DNA from: Burkholderiales bacterium
GTDB taxonomy: Bacteria > Pseudomonadota > Gammaproteobacteria > Burkholderiales > Burkholderiaceae_C
Direction: 5' to 3'
Assembly: GCA_038258365.1 (NCBI GenBank)
Contig: JBBSPW010000001.1
Coordinates: 18,660 to 82,659, forward strand
DNA length: 64,000 nt
Part shown: positions 10,845-23,019 of the stretch, in pieces
How the letters are laid out: each line of letters opens with the position of its first letter
How positions within the stretch are numbered: the first letter of the stretch is position 1
Made by a program: the position numbers and the translations under genes
Notes under the pieces: model-generated
Told to the model about the DNA's origin: nothing
The model's input: only the letters and a program-made list of their open reading frames with translations
Databases searched by the model: none

Positions 10845-11591
10845 TCAGGCGTCTTCGCGCACTTCCACGAACTCGTCGCCATCGGCCGACACCGCTTGCG
10901 CCACTTCGTTGGTGGCGTTGGCACGACCTTCGATCACCGCGTCGGCCACAGCGCGCGCGTACAGCGCAACCGCCTTCGCGGAGTCATCGTTGCCCGGGAT
11001 CACATAGTCGATGCCGATCGGCGAATGGTTGGTGTCGACGATACCGATCACCGGAATGCCCAGTTTCTTGGCTTCGGCAATGGCGATCTTGTGATAACCC
11101 ACATCGATCACGAACATCGCATCGGGCAAGGCGCTCATGTCCTGGATGCCGCCGATTTCCTTCTCGAGCTTCAGCAGCTGGCGATCGAACATCAGCGCTT
11201 CTTTTTTGATCGACAACTCGGCGCCAGCGTCCTTCGAAGCCTGCATGTCCTTCAACTTCTTCAATGAACCCTTGACGGTCTTGAAGTTGGTCATCATGCC
11301 GCCGAGCCAGCGCTGGTCGACATACGGCATGCCGCAGCGCTGCGCTTCCATCGAGATCACCTCACGCGCCTGGCGCTTGGTGCCGATCATCAGCACCGTG
11401 CCGCGGCGCGAGGCCAGCTGGCGAATGAACTTCATCGCATCGTTGAAGAGCGGCTGCGTCTTCTCGAGGTTGATGATGTGGATCTTGTTGCGGTGGCCGT
11501 AGATATACGGGGCCATCCGGGGGTTCCAGAAGCGAGTCTGATGTCCGAAATGGACACCCGCTTCCAGCATTTCGCGCATCGATACAGACAT
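10845..11591 (-). CDS. rpsB: 30S ribosomal protein S2
   Basis: [35 protein letters not shown]. Confidence 0.99.
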   Translation of the reverse strand: MSVSMREMLEAGVHFGHQTRFWNPRMAPYIYGHRNKIHIINLEKTQPLFNDAMKFIRQLASRRGTVLMIGTKRQAREVISMEAQRCGMPYVDQRWLGGMMTNFKTVKGSLKKLKDMQASKDAGAELSIKKEALMFDRQLLKLEKEIGGIQDMSALPDAMFVIDVGYHKIAIAEAKKLGIPVIGIVDTNHSPIGIDYVIPGNDDSAKAVALYARAVADAVIEGRANATNEVAQAVSADGDEFVEVREDA

Positions 11592-11793
11592 GATTGAACT
11601 CCGAAGGTTGGGTCTAGAATCCGGCCGCTCGATCGCTGGGCCACGCTCTCAACTTCAAAGTTGACAGCAGCACCAGCGACACCTCAGGTTGAGCCGGATT
11701 CGCGATTTGCTCGCCTCGATGCGCGCACCATTTTCTCAGTTGCAGAACGCCGCTGTGAAAGCCACACGCAAGAAGGCAAAGCCGATGATTATC
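11592..11793 (-). promoter_or_regulatory. rpsB promoter (-10 GATAAT at 11788-11793) and structured 5' leader
   Basis: Nested inverted repeats AATCCGGC/GCCGGATT, TCGCTGG/CCAGCGA, TCAACTT/AAGTTGA; rpsB leaders are known S2 autoregulatory sites. Confidence 0.6.
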
Positions 11794-11888
11794 ACATGCC
11801 TGGCAACGGGCAAATTGGGCGCAGTGTGGCGCCGTCCGAGGTTTGGCAGCTGCCATGCCCGCAATCCGGCTCAACTGCCGATGCAGGC

Positions 11889-13196
11889 ATGACGATGCAG
11901 GTCGCCGTCATCGGAGCTGGCATCGTCGGCGTCACCACCGCCTACGAATTGGCGGAACTGGGGCATGAAGTGACGGTGCTTGAGCGCCGCGGCAGCGTGG
12001 CTGCCGAAACCAGCTATGCGAACGCCGGTGTGATTGCTCCGGGCTATGTCACGCCGTGGGCCTCGCCCGGCATGGCGTCGAAGCTGCTGCGGAAGTTGGG
12101 CAGCCGTCACTCACCCGTGCGGCTGCAGATTCCAGGAGCGGCGCGGCATCTGGGCTGGCTCTGGCAGTGGTGGCGCGCTTGCCAGCCGGCAGTGTGGGCT
12201 CGCAACCGAGAGGCGATGCAGCGCCTGGCGCATTTCAGCCGCGACCGACTGCTGGAACTCACGCGCAATCTTCGGCTGGAATACGAGCAGATGCCGGGCT
12301 ACGTGGTGCTGCTGCGCGGACCTGCCGAGTTGAAGTCGGCGCAGGGCGGGCTCGCGTTGCTGGCGCAGATGGGCGTGCCGCACGAGCTGATCGGTGCCGA
12401 TCGCTGTCGCCAACTCGAACCCGGCTTGAACCCGCACACCGCGCTGGCGGCGGCCATCCACCTGCCACAAGACGGTGTGGGCAACTGTCGTCAGTTCGCA
12501 CACTTGCTGAAAGCCGCCTCACAGCAGAAAGGCGTGCGCTTTCGCTTCGACACCGCCATCGCCAGCGTCATGCCGGGCGGCAACACCGGGCGGCATGGCA
12601 CGGCCAGACCCGAGTTGCGATTCCCAGGGGTGGCAGCAGCCGAGCCATTCGATGCGGTTGTGATCTGCGCCGGGGTGCAGTCGAACGCCTTGTTGCGCGA
12701 TGTCGGACTGAAGCTGCCACTGGCGCCGGTGCATGGCTATTCGGTCACTGCGCCGCTGCGCCACATCGATGGCCACCCGGACCCGGGGCCCCGCGCCGCG
12801 GTGATGGACGAGCGCTTCAAGGTGGCCATTTCCAGGCTCGGTCAGCGAATCCGCATTGCTGGCAGCGCCGAGCTGGGTGGCCGCCTCGACCGGATCGCGC
12901 CCGAAGCGATCCGAACGCTCTATCAAGTGCTCGACGACTGGTTCCCCGGTGCCGCGCTGACCCGCGAAGCCCAGCATTGGAAAGGCGCGCGGCCGATGCT
13001 GCCCGACGGGCCGCCGGTGCTGGGTGAATCCGGCGCACCGGGGGTCTGGCTGAACCTGGGCCATGGCTCCAGCGGCTGGGCGCTGGCTTGCGGATCGGCA
13101 CGCGTGCTGGCCGAACGCATCAGTGGGCGCCCCTCGCCTCTGGATTTGAGCGGGCTCACCGTCGACCGCCTGCGCAACCGGAGAATCGAGCGATGA
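11889..13196 (+). CDS. FAD-dependent D-amino acid dehydrogenase family (DadA-like) oxidoreductase
   Basis: VAVIGAGIVG Rossmann motif, ETSYANAG, GARPMLPDGPP, NLGHGSSGW; start taken at MTMQVAV. Confidence 0.85.
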   Translation: MTMQVAVIGAGIVGVTTAYELAELGHEVTVLERRGSVAAETSYANAGVIAPGYVTPWASPGMASKLLRKLGSRHSPVRLQIPGAARHLGWLWQWWRACQPAVWARNREAMQRLAHFSRDRLLELTRNLRLEYEQMPGYVVLLRGPAELKSAQGGLALLAQMGVPHELIGADRCRQLEPGLNPHTALAAAIHLPQDGVGNCRQFAHLLKAASQQKGVRFRFDTAIASVMPGGNTGRHGTARPELRFPGVAAAEPFDAVVICAGVQSNALLRDVGLKLPLAPVHGYSVTAPLRHIDGHPDPGPRAAVMDERFKVAISRLGQRIRIAGSAELGGRLDRIAPEAIRTLYQVLDDWFPGAALTREAQHWKGARPMLPDGPPVLGESGAPGVWLNLGHGSSGWALACGSARVLAERISGRPSPLDLSGLTVDRLRNRRIER

Positions 13197-14722
13197 CCGA
13201 GCTGCGCCGCATCGATGCGCTGAACGGTCCGTGGCCCTTGCACGATGCGGCCACCACCCGCCGTGTCGAGCATCTGGCTTTGGCGCAGTCACCCCGTCCG
13301 CCGTTGATGGCGCTTGCCGGTCTGGCGGTGGCCCGCCTCGTTCTCGCCACCCATGGACGGGCGCGTTGCGCTGTTGTCATGGTCGGCCCCGGCAACAACG
13401 GCGGCGATGGTCTGGTGGCCGCCCGTCATCTGCTCCGAGCCGGCTTGCAGGTGAAGGTGCGCCTGCTGGGCGATTCGGGCCGTTTGCCGGCAGATGCCGC
13501 GGCGGCACTGGCCGAAGCGCGAGCCGCCGGTGTTGCGATCGAGGGCGTGGCGGGTTCGCAAGCTGATGGAGACAGCGACCTGGCGGCTGCCGATATCGTG
13601 ATCGACGCACTGCTGGGCCTGGGTGCTTCGCGGCCGCCCGAAGGTCCTATGGCCCACGCGATCGCCGCGATCAACGCTTGCAGCGCGCGAGGAGTGCCGG
13701 TGGTGTCGGTCGATCTGCCTTCGGGCTTGGCGGCCGACACCGGCGCGGTGCTCGGCGCTGTCGCCGTGCGCGCCACTGCCACGGTGTCGCTGCTGACCCT
13801 CAAGCCGGGCTGCTTCACCCACGCAGGGCGCGACCATGCGGGCGCGGTGTGGCTGCACAAGCTGGGCGTCGACGCCGGCGCGCCCTCGGCTTGGCTGACC
13901 GGTGCGCCATCGTCTGGCCCGCGCGCGCAGGCTTCGCACAAGGGCAGCTACGGCAATGTCCTGGTGGTCGGTGGAGCGAGCGGCATGGCCGGTGCACTCT
14001 GGCTGGCTGCGCGCGCCGCATCGGCCGCCGGCGCCGGGCGCGTCTATTGCAGCCCACTGGACGTCGAGATGCCGTTGCTGGACGCGCAGCATCCCGAACT
14101 GATCGGTCGCCGTTGCGCCTGGCAAGCCCCTGCGCAATGGCTCGCCGACACCACCGCAGTGTGTGGCTGCGGCGCTGGCGACGACACGATCAAGACCGCG
14201 TTGCCACCGCTGCTGGCCCGCGTGCCGCGCCTGGTCCTGGACGCCGACGCGCTGAACGCCATCGCCAATGACACGGGCTTGCAAGCATTGCTGCAGCAGC
14301 GCACCGCCAAAGGTCACCGGACCCTGCTGACACCCCATCCGCTGGAAGCCGCGCGCTTGCTGGGCTGCACGGTTGCCGAGTTGCAGGCCGATCGCCCGGC
14401 GGCGGCACGGTCGATCGCCGAGCGCTTCGACTGCGCGGTGGTGCTCAAAGGTTCAGGCAGCATCGTTGCGGCGCCGCGAGGTGCGCCCTGGATCAACCCC
14501 ACCGGCAACGCCGCGCTGGCCACTGCGGGCACTGGCGATGTGCTGGCCGGCTGGTGCGGCGGACTGTGGGCGCAGCGCTCCGATGCATCGGCTGCCGAGA
14601 TCGGGATCGATGCCGCCTGGCAACACGGGCGGGCAGCCGATCTGTGGCCACCAGCGGCGTTCGGCGCACCCTTACGGGCCAGCGATCTGGTCGAAGTGAT
14701 GGCGCGGCACCACTGGCGCTGA
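13193..14722 (+). CDS. nnr: Bifunctional NAD(P)H-hydrate epimerase/dehydratase (YjeF)
   Basis: GPGNNGGDG (epimerase), SHKGSYG, LTPHPLEAARL, GTGDVLAG (dehydratase); ATGA overlap with the upstream gene. Confidence 0.92.
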   Translation: MTELRRIDALNGPWPLHDAATTRRVEHLALAQSPRPPLMALAGLAVARLVLATHGRARCAVVMVGPGNNGGDGLVAARHLLRAGLQVKVRLLGDSGRLPADAAAALAEARAAGVAIEGVAGSQADGDSDLAAADIVIDALLGLGASRPPEGPMAHAIAAINACSARGVPVVSVDLPSGLAADTGAVLGAVAVRATATVSLLTLKPGCFTHAGRDHAGAVWLHKLGVDAGAPSAWLTGAPSSGPRAQASHKGSYGNVLVVGGASGMAGALWLAARAASAAGAGRVYCSPLDVEMPLLDAQHPELIGRRCAWQAPAQWLADTTAVCGCGAGDDTIKTALPPLLARVPRLVLDADALNAIANDTGLQALLQQRTAKGHRTLLTPHPLEAARLLGCTVAELQADRPAAARSIAERFDCAVVLKGSGSIVAAPRGAPWINPTGNAALATAGTGDVLAGWCGGLWAQRSDASAAEIGIDAAWQHGRAADLWPPAAFGAPLRASDLVEVMARHHWR

Positions 14723-14767
14723 AGCAACGCCAAACCGCGCTGCGCCTGCCGTTCGAGGCCGCTCGAG

Positions 14768-17005
14768 TCAGCGTCGCGAGCGAGGCTTCGGACCCGGCCG
14801 CGGTGGACCTGGCTTGCGGCTGCGGCCTGCGCCAGCAGCCACCTTCTTCGCCGACCGGGTGGCGGACTTGGTGGCGGACTTTGCGGAGCGATCGGCCTCC
14901 CGCACGCCAGCCAGTGCCTCGGCAGCGGTTGCAACACTGCCAGCGCTTGCTTGCCGCTTGTCGGGCCGGGCCGCGATGCGTTCGAGCTCACCGTCGCGCA
15001 CCATGCGGAAGTCGATCTTGCGGCCGTCCAGGTCAACCCGGCTGACCTGCACCTGCACCCGCGTGCCGACCGCATAGCGGATGCCGGTGCGCTCGCCCCG
15101 CAGCTCGCCGCGCGCTTCATCGAAGCGGTAGTACTCGCCGCCCAGTTCGGTGATATGGACCATGCCTTCGACATACAGCGAATCGAGCGTGACGAACAAG
15201 CCGAACGCGGCCACCGAGCTGACGGTGCCGGCGAATTCCTCGCCCAGATGCTCGCGCATGTAGCGGCACTTGAGCCATGCTTCGACATCGCGTGATGCTT
15301 CGTCGGCGCGGCGCTCGTTGGCGCTGCAGTGGCCGCCTGCGGCTTCCCAAAGCAGCATCTCCTGCGACATGGGCTTGGCCGGCTTTTGCGCCGGTCTGGC
15401 GCCCTTGCGAAGCTCGGGTTTGCGGGTCTTCTCGCTGGCCGTCAGGTGGTAGCGGCGGCCGGCCAGCACTGCCTTGATCACGCGGTGCACCAGCAGGTCC
15501 GGGTAGCGGCGGATCGGACTCGTGAAGTGGGTGTAGGCGTCGAAAGCGAGCCCGAAGTGGCCGTTGTTGCTGGCGGTGTAGACCGCTTGTTGCATCGATC
15601 GCAGAAGCAGCATGTGGATCTGCTGCGCATCGGGCCGGTCCTGCGTGGCATGGGCGATGGCTGCGATCTCGGCCGGCTTCGGGTCGTCACTCAAATGCAC
15701 GCCGACGCCGAGTGCTTTCAGCATCGCCTGCAGCGCGACGCGCTTCTCGGGTGTGGGACCTTCGTGCACGCGATACAGGCACGGGTGCTCGGCCTCGGCG
15801 ATGAACTCGGCTGCACACACATTGGCCGCCAGCATCGACTCCTCGATCAAGCGGTGAGCTTCGTTGCGGGTTCGGGGCACGATGCGCTCGATGCGGCCGT
15901 TGTCGTCGCAGATGATCTGCGTCTCGGTGGTCTCGAAATCGATCGCACCGCGCTTGGCGCGCTGCTTGAGCAAGGCGCGGTAAACCTCGTGCAGGTGCAG
16001 CAGGTGCGGCAGCAGGTCGGCGCGGCGATCGGCCTCGGGGCCTCGGGTGTTCAAAAGCAGCGAAGCGACCTCGGTGTAGGTCAGCCGGGCATGCGATTCG
16101 ATCAACGCCGGGTAGAACTGGTAGGCATCGATGCGTCCGTCTTCCAGCACCAGCATGTCGCAAACCATCGCGAGCCGTTCCTGATCCGGGTTCAGCGAAC
16201 ACAGGCCGTTGGACAGCTTCTCGGGCAGCATCGGGATCACGCGCCGCGGAAAATACACCGAAGTGGCGCGCTCGTAGGCGTCCTCATCCAACGCCTCGCC
16301 CGGCTTCACATAGTGGCTGACATCGGCGATCGCAACGATCAGCCGCCAACCCGCGACCGCGGCTTTGCCACGGCCGCGCTTGAAAGGCTCGGCATAAACC
16401 GCGTCGTCGAAATCGCGGGCGTCTTCGCCGTCGATCGTCACCAGCGACACATCGCGCAAGTCGACGCGGTGCTTGCGGTCTGCGGGACGCAGCCGATCGG
16501 GCAACGCGGCGGCGGCTGCCAGTGTCTCGGGCGAGAACTCGTGCGGCACTTCGTATTTGCGCACCGCAATCTCGATCTCCATGCCGGCGTCGTCGATCTC
16601 GCCGAGCACCTCGGCCACGCGACCCACCGGCTGCGAATGCAGCGAGGGAGGCTCGGTCAACTCCACCGCCACCACCTGCCCCACCGTGGCGTTGGCGATG
16701 CCGTTCTTCGGGATCAGGATGTCCTGACCGAAGCGGCGGTCTTCGGGAGCCACCACCCACTGCCCGCTTTCGTGCAGCAGGCGTCCGATGATCGGCATCT
16801 TGCGCCGCTCGATGATGTCGAGCACGCGGCCTTCGGGGCGGCCCTTGCGGTCGAGCTTCTGAACCCGAACCCGAACCCGGTCTTTGTGCAGCACGCTGCG
16901 CATTTCTTGCGGAGCGAGATAGACGGCGGCTTCGCCGTTGTCTGGAACCACGAAACCGTGGCCGTCGCGATGCCCTTCGACGCGACCGTCGAACTCACCG
17001 AGCAA
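14768..17005 (-). CDS. rnr: Ribonuclease R
   Basis: GHRDGHGF cold-shock domain, TIDGEDARDFDDAV catalytic motif, HFTSPIRRYPDLLVHR, S1 domain, basic tail; start uncertain (TTG 17005 or further upstream). Confidence 0.96.
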   Translation of the reverse strand: MLGEFDGRVEGHRDGHGFVVPDNGEAAVYLAPQEMRSVLHKDRVRVRVQKLDRKGRPEGRVLDIIERRKMPIIGRLLHESGQWVVAPEDRRFGQDILIPKNGIANATVGQVVAVELTEPPSLHSQPVGRVAEVLGEIDDAGMEIEIAVRKYEVPHEFSPETLAAAAALPDRLRPADRKHRVDLRDVSLVTIDGEDARDFDDAVYAEPFKRGRGKAAVAGWRLIVAIADVSHYVKPGEALDEDAYERATSVYFPRRVIPMLPEKLSNGLCSLNPDQERLAMVCDMLVLEDGRIDAYQFYPALIESHARLTYTEVASLLLNTRGPEADRRADLLPHLLHLHEVYRALLKQRAKRGAIDFETTETQIICDDNGRIERIVPRTRNEAHRLIEESMLAANVCAAEFIAEAEHPCLYRVHEGPTPEKRVALQAMLKALGVGVHLSDDPKPAEIAAIAHATQDRPDAQQIHMLLLRSMQQAVYTASNNGHFGLAFDAYTHFTSPIRRYPDLLVHRVIKAVLAGRRYHLTASEKTRKPELRKGARPAQKPAKPMSQEMLLWEAAGGHCSANERRADEASRDVEAWLKCRYMREHLGEEFAGTVSSVAAFGLFVTLDSLYVEGMVHITELGGEYYRFDEARGELRGERTGIRYAVGTRVQVQVSRVDLDGRKIDFRMVRDGELERIAARPDKRQASAGSVATAAEALAGVREADRSAKSATKSATRSAKKVAAGAGRSRKPGPPRPGPKPRSRR

Positions 17006-17052
17006 TGTGTGGCCGGCGTTTGGGATGAGAGAGTTGTCGTTTTTTTTGATGC

Positions 17053-17058
17053 TATGAT
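17053..17058 (+). promoter_or_regulatory. Putative -10 element (TATGAT) of the tRNA-Leu promoter
   Basis: TATGAT 16 nt upstream of the mature tRNA, preceded by a T8 run; no clear -35. Confidence 0.45.
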
Positions 17059-17073
17059 CCTTGGTTCCTGAAA

Positions 17074-17158
<85 letters not shown>

Positions 17159-17202
17159 AAACAGTTGGTTATAAACAGTCAGGTAAGTACAGTGGATTGG
17201 AC

Positions 17203-17238
17203 AAAGCCGTTTCGTCGATGACGAAGCGGCTTTTTTCG
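17203..17238 (+). terminator. Rho-independent terminator of tRNA-Leu
   Basis: AAGCCGTTTCGTC-GAT-GACGAAGCGGCTT followed by a T-run; convergent with the PRTase gene. Confidence 0.85.
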
Positions 17239-17256
17239 TTGTTTCTTCCGGACCGG

Positions 17257-17778
17257 TCAGACAGCGAATTTTTTCGCCAGCCCGTCGGGGCGAAGGTCGT
17301 CGTATTCCTCGAATGGCTGGTGAATCCAGGGGCTCGATGGCAGGGTTTCGACATAGTAATCGGGGGTGTAGCTGGACACCCCCTTGACCCAGATCACCGC
17401 CGCACGCAGTTCCTGGATCGACGGCATGCCGCGCAGTCGGTCGACCACCGCTCTCAAGGTGACTCCGCTGTCGGCCAGATCGTCGACCAGCAACACCCGG
17501 CCTGCCAGTTCGCCCTTCGGCATGGTGATGTACTTGGCGATGTCGAGACGGCCCTGGATGGTGCCCGCTTCGGCCCGATACGAACTGGTCGACATGATCG
17601 CCAGCGGCTTGTCCAGAACCCTGGACAACACATCGCCGGGCCGCATGCCACCCCGAGCCAGGCAGAGGATCTGGTCGAAGTCCCAACCCGAGTGCGCCAC
17701 TTTCAGAGCCAAACGCTCGATCAGCAGGTGGTATTCGTCCCAGGACACATAGAGGTGCTTGCCATCGTCGGTGAGCAT
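17257..17778 (-). CDS. Type I phosphoribosyltransferase (Gpt/Hpt-like)
   Basis: PRPP-binding VLLVDDLADSGVT; LARGG; follows purA. Confidence 0.9.
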   Translation of the reverse strand: MLTDDGKHLYVSWDEYHLLIERLALKVAHSGWDFDQILCLARGGMRPGDVLSRVLDKPLAIMSTSSYRAEAGTIQGRLDIAKYITMPKGELAGRVLLVDDLADSGVTLRAVVDRLRGMPSIQELRAAVIWVKGVSSYTPDYYVETLPSSPWIHQPFEEYDDLRPDGLAKKFAV

Positions 17779-17832
17779 GCGCGGTTCTTCCTTGATGCAG
17801 GGCGTGGGTCGAAGGCGAAAGGAGGGGCGGCG

Positions 17833-20467
<2,635 letters not shown>

Positions 20468-20553
20468 TCAGATGATCCGTCGATGAAAGCCGCATTGTAT
20501 CGGCGACCTGCACGGGAACCCCGCAGCCGGGATCGCTCCAGCCATTCCGGGCC

Positions 20554-20739
20554 TCAATACGAGGCCAGCAACATCAAAACACCCAACGCCACACTGCCAA
20601 GCCCGACGAAGCGGATCTGACCATCGGTGAGGCGGCAGGCACGCTCGAAGACGCTGCGCCAGGTACCCGGGCTGATGAGCGGCAGCAAGCCCTCCAGCAC
20701 AAGCACCAGCGCGATCGCGCCGGTCAGCCACTCGGCCAT
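20554..20739 (-). CDS. DUF2065 family small membrane protein
   Basis: MAEWLTGAIALVLVLEGLLPLISPGTWR...LTDGQIRFVG; canonical position after hflC. Confidence 0.85.
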   Translation of the reverse strand: MAEWLTGAIALVLVLEGLLPLISPGTWRSVFERACRLTDGQIRFVGLGSVALGVLMLLASY

Positions 20740-20767
20740 CGACCGGATGCGAAGAACGAGCGCCCGT

Positions 20768-21685
20768 TCAGCGCCGCGGCGGGGGTACCGCGGCAGGTGC
20801 GGGAGCGCCCCCACCAACGCCAGCACCCCCTCGCATGGCGCGAAAGAACTCGCTGCTGGGGTCCAGCACCATCATGTCGCTCTTGTTGCGAAAGGCCGAG
20901 CGATAAGCTTCAAGGCTGCGGTAGAACTGGGCGAACTGAGCATCCTTGCCGAAGGCATCGGCATACAACGCAGATGCTTTGGCATCGCCCTCGCCCTTGA
21001 TCTTCTGCGCGTCGCGGTAGGCCTCGGCGACGATGACCTCACGCTGCCGATCGGCATCGGCACGAATCTTCTCGCCTTCGGCCTGGCCCTGTGATCGCAA
21101 CTCGTTGGCGACCTGCTTGCGCTCCGATTCCATCCGGCGGAACACGGAGTCGGTGATGTCGGCAACAAAGTCGACGCGCTTGACCCGCACATCGACCACC
21201 TCGATGCCGAACGATTTCGCTTCGTCCTGCAGGCGGGTTCGCACGTCGTTCATGACCTGCTCTCGCTCGGTCGCCAGCACCCCGCGCACATCGCGCTTGG
21301 TGATGACCTCGTTGAAAGCGGCCTGCACAACAGGTGCCAGGCGGCTTTCCAGGTTTCGGAAGTCGGTGCCGTTGTTGCGAATGAACTGGCGTGGCTCGCT
21401 GATGCGCCACTTCACGAGCCAGTCGATGATCAGGCTCTTTTTCTCCGCAGTGAAGATCGGCCGGGTCTCAGGACTGTCCAGCGTCTGCACCCGCTTGTCC
21501 AGAAACACCACGTTTTGAAACGGCGGCGGCAGCTTGAACTTCAACCCCGGCTCGACGATCACTTCCTTGATCTCGCCGAGCGCGTAGACCACGCCCACCT
21601 GGCGCTGGTCGACCACGAACAAGGTGCTGGCGGCGATCATCAAGACAATCAACGCGCCGACCACGAACAAAACGATTCGATTCAT
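20768..21685 (-). CDS. hflC: FtsH protease modulator HflC
   Basis: N-terminal TM helix, SPFH domain, RMESERKQVANELRSQG, FYRSLEAY. Confidence 0.96.
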   Translation of the reverse strand: MNRIVLFVVGALIVLMIAASTLFVVDQRQVGVVYALGEIKEVIVEPGLKFKLPPPFQNVVFLDKRVQTLDSPETRPIFTAEKKSLIIDWLVKWRISEPRQFIRNNGTDFRNLESRLAPVVQAAFNEVITKRDVRGVLATEREQVMNDVRTRLQDEAKSFGIEVVDVRVKRVDFVADITDSVFRRMESERKQVANELRSQGQAEGEKIRADADRQREVIVAEAYRDAQKIKGEGDAKASALYADAFGKDAQFAQFYRSLEAYRSAFRNKSDMMVLDPSSEFFRAMRGGAGVGGGAPAPAAVPPPRR

Positions 21686-21699
21686 ATTGGGTTCTCCCT

Positions 21700-23019
21700 T
21701 CAACGGCCTTCGCGGTCACGCGCACGCGCGTTGTCGCGCGAGCGGATGTCCACGCTCTGCGTGCTGGTCGTGTCGCGGGGAGTGACAGCCGGTGGGGTTG
21801 CCGGTGCAGCGCCAGCGGGAGCTCCCGATTGCTGCATCAGCTTGTCCAGCGGCAAATACAGAAGGTTGGAGCCGTTGCGGCTGTCGATCATGACCTTGCT
21901 GACATTCGAAAACACCTGCTGCATCGTTTCCAGGTAGAGCCGGTCGCGGGTGACGGTGGGTGCCTTGCGGTACTCGGACAGCACCGAATCGAAGCGCTGG
22001 CCATCGCCGTCGGCCTGTGCCACGACGCGCGCCGCATACCCTTCGGACTCTTCACGCAGCCGGGCGGCTGTGCCGCGTGCGGAAGGGATCACATCACTGG
22101 CGTAGGCCTGGCCTTCATTCTTGAAACGGTCGCGGTCCGCTCCGGCCTTGACCGCATCGTTGAAGGCGGCCTGCACCTGCTCGGGCACCTGAACGTTCTG
22201 CATGTTGACGTTGGCGATCACGATGCCGGCGTCGAGCTTGTCGAGCTGCGCCTGGATCGACTTGACCAGATCGGCAGCAATGGCGTCGCGCTGTTCGTAG
22301 AGCACCTGATCGACCCGGCTGCGGCCGACGATCTCGCGCACCGCCGACTCGGCGGCCTGCACCACGGCTTCGTCGGGGCGGTTGTTCTCGAACAGGTAGG
22401 CGCGCGGATCGGACCTGCGGTACTGCACCGTGAACCGGATATCGACGATGTTCTCGTCCTGCGTCAACATCGACGCGTCGCGCAGCCCCGTGGCCTGCAC
22501 CACGTTGTTGCGGCCCACTTCCACCGATTGCAACTGCGTCACCGCGACGATCTCGTGCGACTGGATCGGATACGGGAAGCGCCACTGGAAACCGGCATCG
22601 GTGGTGTTGCTGTACTTGCCGAAAGTGGTGACGACTGCGCGGTTGCCTTCCTGCACGATGAAGAAGCCGCTGCCGAGCCAGATCAACACTGCCACCGCGC
22701 TGATCAAACCGATGCCGATACCGGCGCTTTTCATGTCGGGCTGAAACGGTGTGCCTGGCGGCCGGTCACCGCCACCGCTGCCGTTGCTCGGTTTGCGCGG
22801 GACTCCGCCTTTGTTGCCGAACAAGCCGCTGAGCTTCTTGTTGAAATCGCGCCACAGCTCGTCCAGATCGGGCGGGCCGTCGTTGCGGTTGTTGTAAGTC
22901 AACTGCGATCGACGGCCGGACAGTGCGCCCAGCAGCCAAACACGCAAAGCCACAAGCGTTTGCGACAGACGAGCGGCAAACGAAAGTTGTCGGGCGGGAA
23001 ATAGGATGGATTCAGGCAT
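21700..23019 (-). CDS. hflK: FtsH protease modulator HflK
   Basis: GPPDLDELWRDF, MLTQDENIV, QVQAAFNDAV, RLYLETMQQV. Confidence 0.96.
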   Translation of the reverse strand: MPESILFPARQLSFAARLSQTLVALRVWLLGALSGRRSQLTYNNRNDGPPDLDELWRDFNKKLSGLFGNKGGVPRKPSNGSGGGDRPPGTPFQPDMKSAGIGIGLISAVAVLIWLGSGFFIVQEGNRAVVTTFGKYSNTTDAGFQWRFPYPIQSHEIVAVTQLQSVEVGRNNVVQATGLRDASMLTQDENIVDIRFTVQYRRSDPRAYLFENNRPDEAVVQAAESAVREIVGRSRVDQVLYEQRDAIAADLVKSIQAQLDKLDAGIVIANVNMQNVQVPEQVQAAFNDAVKAGADRDRFKNEGQAYASDVIPSARGTAARLREESEGYAARVVAQADGDGQRFDSVLSEYRKAPTVTRDRLYLETMQQVFSNVSKVMIDSRNGSNLLYLPLDKLMQQSGAPAGAAPATPPAVTPRDTTSTQSVDIRSRDNARARDREGR

